Source: Vicugna vicugna
Lineage: Eukaryota
Reading direction: 5' to 3'
NCBI GenBank assembly: GCA_013265495.1
Contig: MU057503.1
Coordinates: forward strand, 186,001 to 250,000
Length of the DNA: 64,000 bases
A program made the translations under genes and the position numbers. This document shows, one piece after another, positions 25,790-37,919 of this stretch (within the stretch, counting starts at the first letter, position 1; each line of letters begins with the position of its first letter). Under the pieces are notes generated by a model that ran no database searches, was not told where the DNA came from, and was given only the letters and a program-made list of their open reading frames with translations.

Positions 25790-26900
25790 ACCTTGACATT
25801 CTCAGCTCCGGTGATCTTGATCTGCACCCAGCCTCAACCTCCTGTTCCCATAGATATACCCTCAGCCGTCATTGTCTATAACTGCACTTGCCAAACCTCA
25901 GTATAAGCAAACTTCTCTCTGGCTGCTCCCATTTTCTCATGAGCCTACTATATCAGACCTACTACTCCCTGTGGCTTCTGTGGTGGTCTCTAAGTACTTA
26001 TACATTGATAAATTCAATGTTCAAAGTCTTCCATTTCTTAATCTGCCAACAAAAATTACCATACTTACTCACTTTTCTGTCTAGAAATATTTTCTCTTAA
26101 TATGGCTGCTGGGGCACAAATTCTCACTGACCACATCTTCCCAGAATCCTTTGTAAGATCTTCATATTTCTGGTCTTAAAACATCAGTGTTGCATGCTTA
26201 GTCCTTGGATCTCCTTTCTTTTCCTTGATGATTTCCTCTAGTCCACTGGCTTTAAATACTTCCTGTATTTTGATATCTTATATCTCCTACCCAAACTCTT
26301 CCTTAATTCCAGTCTTAACCTTTCCACATCTTCACATGTATCTAATAAGAATCTAAAGATATAACATGTCTGAAACTAAATTCTCCCCCTTCTTCCTAAA
26401 ACCTACTATCCTGTCATTTTTTCCCCCATCTGAGTAATCATCACTTGCCTTCCAATTGCTCAGGCCAAAACCTGTGGTATTCTGATTCGCTTGTATTTCT
26501 CACCCTGCATGTATACTCTAGCAACATGTCTTCTAAGCAGTTCCTTCAGAATCTGTTCTTAGTCTGACCATGTAACACTGCTTCCGCTGCTTCCACCTTG
26601 GTTTACAGTACTGCAGTAGCCTAGTCTCCCATACTTGACATCCTGTAGTTTGTTCTTCACTAACAGCAAAAGTGAACATTTAAAATGTCATTTAGATCAT
26701 GCGACTTCTCTGCTTAAAACTCCTCAATGGCTTCTCTTCTTGCTCAGATAAAACAGAATACTTTCATACCTCACTGAATTCTACATGATCCTACCTAAGT
26801 ACCTTTATGGCCTTATTTCCACCTTGCTTATTCCATTTCAGCCGCATTGGGCGCCATGCTGTTGTAAAACATACCAGATACATTCCCATCTCAGGGCCTT
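25790..26900 (+). mobile_element. L2 LINE fragments
   Basis: Pyrimidine-rich L2 phrases 'ttgctcaggccaaaacct', 'ctctgcttaaaactcctcaatggctt' and 'tctcagggcctt'. Confidence 0.7.
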
Positions 26901-27258
26901 TTCAGAACTCAACAAGTGAGATATTCCCATATGTGTTCGTATCTATTATATAATGTATATAAATATATATGTCTTAATAGAAAAAATGCCTGGAAGAAGA
27001 AATACGAAAATGTTAACAGTGGTTATCTCTAAGTAGACATTTTATTTGTATTTTATTTGCTTATTGCAAAAAATTGCTTTCTGCAATCAGGAAAGAAGTA
27101 CTCATTTTTATAGAAAGGTTAAAATGATCTCCCTTCTTTGGCTTCTTCATCTATCCTAGATAATTTTCTGTTTCTTGATCTGAATATTGCTTCCACAGGT
27201 GATTCCACCTTGGAAAATTATCATTGTATACTGATGCATTTTTCTGTATACATTTACA

Positions 27259-27422
27259 CTTCAATAAAAAGAAAAAAAAACCTGCCAAAATAGAGAACAG
27301 TACTGTCAGTATATGTATATTTATTCAATGTAATTATTTCTTCAATAAAAAGAAAAAAAAAACCCTGCCAAAATAGAGAACAGTACTGTCAGTATATGTA
27401 TATTTATTCAATGTAATTATTT
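27259..27422. repeat. Near-perfect tandem duplication (81 bp + 83 bp)
   Basis: Units 27259-27339 and 27340-27422 are identical except A9/A10 and CC/CCC. Confidence 0.95.
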
Positions 27423-28543
27423 AAATAGTCTGGCTAATTTGCTTTAAGTTTTGAAATACATAATAATATTTATCACTTATTTAATGCCTTAATCAAACTC
27501 TGACAGATTACAAGACTATTAAAGAATGTTAGCTATTAAGTAGAACATAAACAATGTTATTGGACTAAATTTATATATGTAGGATAACTATGGATTTTTA
27601 TATTTTTTAATGAACATATATTATTAGGTTTATGATTGTATAAATAATGTTTTATTCAAAACTAACCAAGTATTCTAAAATTTAGGAGTATTTTATGTTT
27701 CTTTGTATTTCATAAAATATTTTAATTACAGTTTTCTCAAGTTGAAGTTAGGTAAGTTATTGACCATAATTTGATAGATATAGTATTATTTTCTAGTATC
27801 TCTTTCTAATGTTTATTTAAAGATTCATCTAAATATGGTGCTGTAACTTAATTACATCTGTACTCTCAAATACGTAGATACTCCTATGTCTTATTTTACA
27901 ACAGGTTAAGATGCTACAGTTTAAAAAAAAGACTTCTGCTCAGATAATTGGTTTAGAAATAAGGAAAATATATGGTTTTACTTTGGAAACAAGAAATTTT
28001 GACCAACACAGACATCTGTGTCTTCAAGGAAGGCACTTTTCTTTGTGTCCCTATGTTCTATTTTATTTTAGTTAGCTATTAAAATTGTAAATTGTATTCA
28101 GTGTAATATAAATTATTCTTAAATTGATTGTGCTATAACTTAAAATATTTTTCATCTGTGCCATCTCTGACTCATACTTTAATTTCTAAATCCAACTTAT
28201 TATCAGAAAATATATTGCTTTTATAACATGTAAAAAGTTTAAGCTCATCCTATGTAACATAAATTATATTTTAGTGTTATATGATTGATTTTTACCTTTT
28301 GAGATCTTAATTTCCTAAAGTAATCATCTCTCAGAGTTATAATTACAGTTTTATTCTTAAAAAGTACACCTGGTCTTAAAAACTTTCTTTATTGTTTATA
28401 TACTTCCTACGTATTTGTTCATCTATTCTTGCTATTTTATCAATATTTTAAATTTAGGACTTTTATGCTAGTGAGCTCTTAGCTCTATGTGGTATATTTT
28501 AAAATATTTATTATATTTATGTATCTCTCCTCCTTAAATCCAG

Positions 28544-28689
28544 ATACAATTGAAAAGGAAATAAGAAAAATCTTCAATATTCCAGATGAAAAGGAGACCA
28601 GATTGTGGAACAAATACATGAGTAATACATTTGAACCACTGAATAAACCAGACAGCACCATTCAGGATGCTGGTTTATACCAAGGACAG
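28544..28689 (+). CDS. USP15: USP15 coding exon 5 (146 bp; UBL1)
   Basis: Acceptor aatccag|AT, donor CAG|gtattt. Translates (D)[48 protein letters not shown]; lies inside ORF 28489..28779. Confidence 0.97.
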
Positions 28690-28931
28690 GTATTTTTTAG
28701 CAATACTGTTTATTTTAAGCATACCATACATGAAGCTTTTTTGAGTCACAAACTTTATGGCTATCCTGACGATCTATAATGGGTTCTACTGTCTCTGATT
28801 TCCCCTTTCTAATTCATCTCTTCTCTATCCTGACTGGTCACTAATTATAACTTCTGCTTCTCTTTTTGAGCTTAAGAATAACCTACTTTTTAAAAAGAAA
28901 TTATTTTCCACCTAAAACTAGTTAATATAAT

Positions 28932-29140
28932 AAGGGGTCAGCCAACTTTTTGTAAAGGATCAAATAGTGAATACTTTTGGCTCAGTGGTCCATATGGTCT
29001 CTGTCACGACTACAATTTTGCCATTGTAGACAAAAGTAGTCGTACATGGTATGTGAACAAACTGATATAGTTATGTTCCTACAAGCTTTATTTACAAAAG
29101 CAATCAGTGAGCTAAGTGAACTGTAGTTTGCCAACCTCTG
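28932..29140. mobile_element. MER58A-like hAT-Charlie element
   Basis: 'aggggtcagccaactttttgtaaagg' through 'tgtagtttgccaacctctg'. Confidence 0.75.
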
Positions 29141-29219
29141 CTGGAAGGTATCAACCCCCAATTTGGTCTTTCTTTATAATATAATCCAAAGAAATAAACG
29201 TGTTGAGAAATGGAAACAT

Positions 29220-30030
29220 TTGGACACAATCAGCAAGTCCTACTGACTTCTACCTTCTGAATATCTCTATTCCATCCCCAGCCCTTATCTTTCAGTAATC
29301 TCTTAACAGATCCCTCTGCCTCCAGTCTTTTGCATGTCCACTCCCAGTCTTCCATATTTCTGTCAGAGAACTCTTTCTAAAATGTAAACCTTATTATTTC
29401 CTTTCCATAAACCTTTCTTGGATCTTTAACAATTGTGGAATAAAATCGAGGCACCTTAACACAGCATGCAAATCATGGTTTATCCTTTTGCGTAGTCCTC
29501 TAGCATCTTTAGATTATCCTTGCCCTGTGATTTGCACTGACAATACCACACTGAACTGCCTATAGTTCCCTGAGCCTACTATGCCGTACCGTACTTCTGC
29601 GCTTTTGTGTATGTTGTTCCATCTGCCTGTTGTACCCTTCTTCCCATCCCTGCATTCATCCAGAAAAAAAGTCCCTTTAAACATCCAAATATTTAAAATA
29701 AGCATCCCATCCTATCATGTAATCTGACCCGATCAGATTATTTATCCTTTACATTCCAACTCAAATGTCACATCATTTCTTCAGCCTTTCCTGTTCTGTT
29801 TATCTCAATATCTAGTTGAGGTATAGGATTTTTTTTTATAACTTTGGAAAAAATTGCTCTCTGAACTTCCATAATGATTTATATACATATCTATGTATCA
29901 TTTATTATATGCTTTAGTTACTTACATATTAAGCTCCCCAACTAGAGTATGAAGTCCTTGTTTCAGTTGGACTTTGTGTCCTATTTATTTTTATTTTAGT
30001 ATCTAACACAGAGCCTGGTGTTTCATTATA
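29220..30030 (+). mobile_element. L2 LINE 3' fragment
   Basis: 'aatcagcaagtcct', 'ctttctaaaatgtaaac', 'ctcaaatgtcac', 'tctaacacagagcctgg'. Confidence 0.65.
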
Positions 30031-32691
30031 TGCAAATTTTTGTTTTTTTTCTCCTGTTTTGCTTAAATTACTATTGATATGTGATATATGTTATTAAAAA
30101 TTTCAGAGGGACAGAGGGAAATTAATTTTTAGCAAATGCCTAGTCAAATATTGTACTAGGCTGTAAAACAGTGATTTTCAGACTTACATTAGCCATTATA
30201 TTCTTAAGTGAAATCTTACAAAGTCTAATATGTATTACAATGAAAATGAGTTACCCAATTGAAGCTGAGGAGACATTTGGAACTCTACTGGTTAGTCAGC
30301 ATTACTCTCCCTAGTCAACGAACTTTCTCTCTCCGCCTTCCAGTAGACATACAGTTCTCTCCCTGGTTACCATCCATCAGGCTTTGAGGTAGCTCCAGGA
30401 GTACAATTTAAAATTCATAGAATTACTTCTTTAAATCTTTTCTTTAATTGACTCTGTATAATGGCTATTATTCTACCTGTTGTATACTTTAGAAAGCGAG
30501 AGCTTAGAGAACTTAAATAATTTGATATTCTTGATAGGAATCCATTTATCAGAATGAAGAGGACAAAATAAATTATTTTAATAAGATTATTAAGTATCTT
30601 TAAGGACGTTTGATCTTTTGCAATAGGAATGGTTCAAAGAATATGCATTATATTTTCCAGATTTTGTGCTAGTCATTTTCTGACTGATGATAAATGAACT
30701 AAACAGTTCCCTGGACTAAATTTTTTTTTTTTTTTTTTTTTTGCTGAAATTGAAAGCATCCTCTGTAAAAACTGAAACAACGCTATGTTATTGAAAAGTT
30801 TGCCTCCGAAAATGAGTTGTCTTTATTTCTGTCCCTTGTATCCATGTGTTCAATTTAATTAAATTTTGAAATCTTTCTAAAAGTATTTTCATTTTTAGTT
30901 AGTTTTAACCATGAGCAAAATTTTATTCAGAAAATGATATATTTGAATAAAGGAGTGAATTTTCACGTTTCTTGCACCATTCAGCATTAACATCTATGAC
31001 TATAGAAACATAAGGAATTTTATATGCTGGTACTGCTAGAAATATATTATGGTTAAACTTTAAATAATTTGTTTGATTCTTACTTCAGCTTTAGGACCTT
31101 CCTTTACAAAGCAGACCATTAACAGTGATATTAAGTGCATAACTTTGAAACTTTCTGTGGCTGAAATCTTTTGTTTATAGCTGATTTAACTCCTATGAGA
31201 GACGAAGTTTAAATATGTATGTATATATGTGTATTTATATATTATAATTTCTGTGTAGATGCCTGTATAGTTAAAAGTTATAGTAAAGGAAAACCTTTCT
31301 TCAGGAGTTAAAAATTACTCACTGAATTCAATTTTATAAATCTATAAAAATATATAAATATATGACTATATCAGAATGATATCAGGAAAACTGAGCATCA
31401 TGGATAATTGCCTATGGTAGGTAGGACAGGAATATGGTTAGAGAGGGATCAGGATGGTGGGTATGCAGTGCACTTATTCTTTATATGCTACATACATGCT
31501 TCATGTATGTTTTTTGAAAGTAGGAGATACTAATTTTTTTAAAATATCACTTTAAGTATTTTAATTAGCATACTCTTTCAACAGTGTGATTCCATGCGTT
31601 TTTTTAAATCAGTGTTTTATTATTTGTTATATGTGTTTTGAAACAAGCTTACGTTTTACATGGTTAAGACCCAAATGCCAGCTTACAGATTGCCTGAAAC
31701 AGCCCACAAAAGTATATTACTAAGAGTATGTAGAGCAGGTTGCGGAATTACAACTTTAAGAAAAAAGAGTTAATAAAACTGAATATGTAGAATATATTCA
31801 ACTTTGTAATGCCTTGAAATTCAGGGTATGTTTTCCATATTATAGTTCTCTATAGAAATATAGCTATTAACTTCTTGTTGAGATTATCACATATTTCTTT
31901 TAATTTAATTATGTTGCTTAGTTTTTCTTCTTTGCACAGATTCATGCCCTAGTTAAAACTAGAAGAAAGCCTTCTTTTTTAGACTGAAAGATAAGAGAAA
32001 AGATTCTGAGCTGTTTTAAAATAAAGTGTAGCTCACCTTGACCTATACTTTTCATTTATCAGAGGTGATTTTTATCTATCCTAACCATGCTGCCGTAGGG
32101 AACTTCAGTCTGATTCTCACAAATGTGGCTCTATCACTTATATGTTAAAAGAGTCTATAATTTACTCAGTGATAATGTGACAAATTTCAAAGCCACAAGT
32201 AATGTATAATCTGTAATTTGGAATTGTCTTTGTCTCTGTTCCTCTGTGTTTGCAGAATAATAGTTAGCTAAGATCATACATCAGTGTTTCACAACGACTC
32301 TAACCATTTATTGAGTGTCTGTTTTTTGCAAGGTACTTTTACAGGCTACAAATAGAAAAGAAATAGAAAACGTACTTCCTAAATTCAAGGAACTTATAGT
32401 CTATCTACTTGGTTTAAACTTTTTTATACTTAAAGCCATGGAACCAGTAATTTTCCTCAAGTGTATTAATTTCTTTCCTCCTGACTGTCATTGCCGACTT
32501 ATTACAAATAAGGTCTTTTTGTCTCCCTTGCCCTGCTTTAGTCAGAATGGAAATACCTCTTCACTTTGTCTACTGTGTCCTTTAAGTAACCGCAGATTTG
32601 CTTAGTTTCTTAGCACATACAGCTAATCTTCTAAAGCTACTTTAACTTCAGGGTTAAGGAAAAACAGTCTTTTATTGTGTCATATTTGCAG

Positions 32692-32753
32692 GTATTAGTG
32701 ATAGAACAGAAAAATGAAGATGGAACATGGCCAAGGGGTCCTTCTACTCCTAA
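32692..32753 (+). CDS. USP15: USP15 coding exon 6 (62 bp; end of UBL1)
   Basis: Acceptor atttgcag|GTA, donor CTAA|gtaagt. Translates VLVIEQKNEDGTWPRGPSTP and ends in phase 2 (AA). Confidence 0.96.
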
Positions 32754-33244
32754 GTAAGTGCTCCCACTTTTTATAGCATAATGCATGACTTTGAAGCTTT
32801 GATTTCAGATAATAAAATCCAGAATGATAGAAGAACCTAATTGTATGTTGCAAATATATATATACCTTTTTCTACTTTAATATTTTTTTCTCAGTATAGA
32901 AGTTACCTAAATTTGCACTTAAATTAATATGCTGTATTTAAAAAGCCCTCCAATTCAAATCTCTTTTAGAATAAGGTACAGTATAAATATGTTATAAATG
33001 TTATGGTACATTGTCTAATAGAATTAAATCACTATTAAACATTTTGTTTAATATTTTTCAAGCTTTTTTGTGATTTTTTAAGTGTCTATTTAAAGAATAC
33101 TCTCTGTCGAAATGAACCTGATGTGAAAGCAACATTTTTTTTTATTTAAATATGTTTTAGAATCTAAAGCACAGGTAGAGACAGAGGAGTAAAAGAATTG
33201 CTTTTGATGGTAAATAAAGGATGAAAGAACTGGAAATCGTTTTA

Positions 33245-34398
33245 ACTTTTTTTAAATTTGGTAAGATCACTTACCTTGATATCTACGCTCTTAACAAAGT
33301 TTTAAATGTGTGTGGTTACAGTATTAACTGTAGGCACATTGTTGTACACCAGATCTCTAGAATTTATTTATCTTATATAACTGAAACTTTGTTCCAGTTG
33401 AATGGCAACTTCTCATTTCTCCCTTTCCCTAGTCCCTGAAGACCACTATTCTGCTCTGTTTCTATGAATTTGACTAGTTTACATAACTTCATATAAGTGA
33501 ATCGTGCACTATTTGTCCTTACTTTACCAAGCATAATATCCCTCAGATTCATCTACATCATCACATATAACAGGATTTCCTTCCTTTTTAAGGCTGAATA
33601 ATACTCCATCATATGTATATACCATATTTTCTTTATACTTTTATCCATCAACAGACATTTAGGCTGTTTCCATTATCTTGACTATTGTAAATTTACTGCA
33701 ATGAACTTGGAAGGGCAGATCTCTCTTCAAGATAACTGGTATCATTTCCTTTGGATATATACCAAGAAATGAGGTTTCTGGATCATGTAGTTCTGTTTTT
33801 AATTTTTTGAGGAACCTTCATACTGGTTTTCAGAGTAGCTGCACCATTTTACATTTTCACCAACAGTGTATAAGGGTTACTATTTCCACATATCCTTGCT
33901 AGTTTTTTTTTATCTTTTGTTCTTTTGATAACCTAAAAGGTGTGAAATGGTATCTCTCTCATTGTGGTTTGATTTGAATTTCCCCAGCAATTACTGGTGT
34001 TGATAATCTTTTTCATATACCTTTTACCATTTGTATTCCTTCTTTAGAGAAATGTCTATTCAAACAAATCCTAGGTCCATTTTTTAATCTGGTTATATGG
34101 GGGGTTTGCTATTGAATTGTAGGAGTTTCTTGTATATTTCAGATACTACTCCCTTATCAGAAATGTGGTTTAAAGATTTAAAAATAAGACCTGAATCTAT
34201 AAATCTAGAAGAAATTTTAGGGGAAAAGCTTCATGACATTGGTCTAGGCAGTGATCTCTTGAATATGACACCAAAGCACAAGCACCAAAAGCAATAATAG
34301 ACAAAAGGGACTACATCAAACTAAAAAGTTTCCACACAGTAAAGAAAACAAGCAACAGAGTGAAAATGCAACATACCAAATGGGAGGGGATATTTTTT
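33245..34398 (-). mobile_element. 5'-inverted L1 insertion (L1MA-like)
   Basis: Antisense 3' part runs about 33245-34170, then a sense-strand ORF2 piece 34171-34398. Candidate TSD aatcgtttta/aatggtttta. Confidence 0.8.
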
Positions 34399-35314
34399 AA
34401 TGGTTTTAGGATTTTCAGATCCACACTCCATTATCAGAGACCAAGGGCTCATTGAATTTCAATAATTGGACTTTTAAACCTTTGAGAGAGAAGTAATACG
34501 GTACATGTGTCACCTGTTATTTTACTACTTCTGTAGAGTCCAGGGGACTCTCATAATTAAGCACATTAATATTCAGCAGGTATTCACACTAAAGAGAATA
34601 AGTAAGGACTATAAATAGCTCATATCAGTTCAAGATAGATTGCTCTCAAGTGAACTGTGAAAAAATTTTTAAGTTTTTAGAGCTTTTGGAATTTCAGATT
34701 TTATGATAAGGGGTTGTGAATTGTTATTTTGAAATCCTTAAAATAATGATTCTCAAATTAATTATTAATAATTTAATAATTGCTAACCTAGCCAATGAAA
34801 GAGAAGAATAACCTGCCACTTAATTTTTTTCAAAACAAAAATGCACCTAAGTGAGTAATTCTCTTTCTTTTTTATCTTCTGTGAAGTGTTTTACTTAAAA
34901 TTTTTCATGGGCATATGCCTAAGTATATTAGTTATATTTTACTTTTACTCCTCTTCGTTGGATATAAGGGTAGAACTTAGTATAAGAAGATACTAAAAGT
35001 ACATGGTAGTATCATGTAGATTTCTTGATTGATGAAGTTTTAGAAGTTTAGATATTTTCTTTGTGAATATTCACATTTAGTCTTTAGATCAGAACTACTA
35101 TTTTTTTCTAGCTTATCTTTAAATTGTTATATACTTGTTGTAGCTTTAAATAATTTCTGAAATTACTGAATTGCTTGTGGGTTAATATAAAAGTACCATG
35201 AGTTCCAAAGATTGATAGATCTTTTCTACTTAAAATTATTGATACTCATCTGAGAGATAAAACTGTGTATTTTCTTTTATTATCTTTGTTCCTGTCTAGC
35301 TCAGGACCATTTTT

Positions 35315-37625
35315 TTTTAAACATTTTTATTGATTCATAATCATTTTACAGTGTTGTGTCAAATTCCAGTGTTCAGTACAATTTTTCAGTCATTCATGGA
35401 CATATACACACTCATTGTCACATTTTTTTCTCTGTGATTTATCATAACATTTTGTGTATATTTCCCTGTGCTATACAGTGTAATCTTGTTTATCTGTTCT
35501 ACAATTTTGAAATCCCAGTCTATCCCTTCCCACCCTCTACCCCGCCCCCCTCCCCAGTAACCACAAGTCTTTATTCTCTGTCCATGAGTCCATTTCTGTC
35601 CTGTATTTATGCTTTGTTTTTGTTTGTTTGTTTGTTTTTGTTTTTTAGATTCCACATATGAGCGATCTTATATGGTATTTTTCTTTCTCTTTCTGGCTTA
35701 CTTCACTTAGAATGACATTCTCTAGGAGCATCCATGTTGCTGCAAATGGCGTTATGTTGTCGGTTTTTATGGCTGAGTAGTATTCCATTGTATAAATATA
35801 CCACATCTTCTTTATCCAGTCACCTGTTGATGGACATTTAGGTTGTTTCCATGTTTTGGCTATTGTAAATAGTGCTGCTATGAACATTGGGGTGCAGGTG
35901 TCATCCTGAAGTAGATTTCCTTCTGGGTACAAGCCCAGGAGTGGGATTCCTGGGTCATATGGTAAGTCTATTCCTAGTCTTTTGAGGAATCTCCACACTG
36001 TTTTCCATAGTGGCTGCACCAAACTGCATTCCCACCAGCAGTGTAGGAGGGTTCCCCTTTCTCCACAGCCTCTCCAGCATTTGTCATTTGTGGATTTTTG
36101 AATGACGGCCATTCTGACTGGTGTGAGGTGATACCTCATTGTAGTTTTGATTTGCATTTCTCTGATAATTAGTGATATTGAACATTTTTTCATGTGCTTT
36201 TTGATCATTTGTATGTCTTCCTTGGAGAATTGCTTGTTTAGGTCTTCTGCCCATTTTTGGATTGGGTTGTTTATTTTTTTCTTATTGAGTCGTATGAGCT
36301 GCTTATATATTTTGGAGATCAAGCCTTTGTCGGTTTCACTTGCAAAAATTTTCTCCCATTCCGTAGGTTTTCTTCTTGTTTTATTTCTGGTTTCCTTTGC
36401 TCTGCAGAAGCTTGTAAGTTTCATTAGGTCCCATTTGTTTATTCTTGCTTTTATTTCTTCTAGGAGAAAATTTTTGAAATGTATGTCAGATAATGTTTTG
36501 CCTATGTTTTCCTCTAGGAGGTTTATTGTATCTTGTCTTATGTTTAAGTCTTTAATCCATTTTGAGTTGATTTTTGTATATGGTGTAAGGGTGTGTTCTA
36601 GCTTCATTGTTTTACATGCTGCTGTCCAGTTTTCCCAACACCATTTGCTGAAGAGACTGTCTTTATTCCATTGTATATTCTTGCCTCCTTTGTCGAAGAT
36701 GAGTTGACCAAAAGTTTGTGGGTTCATTTCTGGGCTCTCTATTCTGTTCCATTGGTCTATATGTCTGTTTTGGTACCAATACCATGCTGTCTTGATGACT
36801 GTAGCTCTATAGTATTGTCTGAAGTCTGGGAGAGTTATTCCTCCAGCCTCTTTCTTTCTCTTCAGTAATGCTTTAGCAATTCTAGGTCTTTGATGGTTCC
36901 ATATAAATTTTATTATGATTTGTTCTAGTTCTGTGAAATATGTCCTGGGTAATTGGATAGGGATTGCATTAAATCTGTAGATTGCCTTGGGCAGTGTGAC
37001 CATTTTAACAATATTGATTCTTCCAATCCAAGAGCATGGAATATCTTTCCATTTTTTAAAGTCTTCTTTAATTTCCTTCATCAATGGTTTATAGTTTTCT
37101 GTGTATAATTCTTTCACCTCCTTGGTTAGATTTATTCCCAGATATTTTATTACTTTGGGTGCTATTTTAAAGGGGATTGTTTCTTTACTTTCTTTTTCTG
37201 TTGATTTATCGTTAGTGTAAAGAAAGGCAACTGATTTTTGAACATTAATTTTGTAACCTGCTACCTTGCTGAATTCTTCGATCAGCTCTAGTAGCTTTTT
37301 TGTGGACCTTTTAGGGTTTTCTATATATAGTAACATGTCGTCAGCATATAATGACACTTTTACCTCTTCTTTTCCAATTTGGATCCCTTTTATTTCTTTC
37401 TCTTGCCTGATTGCTGTGGCTAGGACTTCCAGGACTATATTGAATAGGAGTGGTGATAGTGGGCATCCTTGTCTTGTCCCAGATTTTAGTGGGAAGCTTT
37501 TGAGTTTTTCACCGTTGAGAACTATGCTGGCTATAGGTTTGTCATATATAGCTTTTATTATGTTGAGATATGTTCCCTCTATACCCACTTTGGCGAGAGT
37601 TTTTATCATAAATGGGTGTTGAATT
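35315..37625 (-). mobile_element. Young 5'-truncated LINE-1, antisense to USP15
   Basis: Perfect TSD AGGACCATTTTT at 35303-35314 and 37626-37637. Minus-strand AATAAA at 35326-35331, G-rich 3' UTR tract near 35525-35556, and an uninterrupted ORF2 3' half. Confidence 0.97.
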
Positions 37626-37633
37626 AGGACCAT
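35645..37633 (-). pseudogene. L1 ORF2 C-terminal half (partial reverse transcriptase plus Cys-rich C-terminal domain), 662 codons
   Basis: Motifs [25 protein letters not shown] and [18 protein letters not shown]. Endonuclease and the first RT motifs are absent. Confidence 0.93.
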
Positions 37634-37919
37634 TTTTATTTAAACGGCTATAGTTACTTGCTTGGTCAGAGAATACAATTTCTTATATAATACCTTACAT
37701 ATTATATACATGCAATAAAATATTAGTAAATGAAGTTGTATAGTGGAGATACACAGAAGTACAGTTGAGCCCCATTCTTCACTAAATCAACCAGTTTATT
37801 AGGGAACCCAAATATTAAAACATGAAAAGTTAAGTATCCATTCACTGTAAAGTGTGAGAAATACCATATAACAGTATGTCATAAATTGCTAAATGATAGT
37901 TTATTAGAATACCCAAAAG

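Noticed and set aside
28489..28779. 96-aa ORF as a standalone gene
   Set aside because: It is USP15 exon 5 plus read-through into flanking intron. The same applies to 54950..55144 (exon 8).
36147..37622. Plus-strand ORFs of 186, 65 and 118 aa
   Set aside because: They are antisense shadows of the intact L1 ORF2, a common artefact of L1 codon usage.
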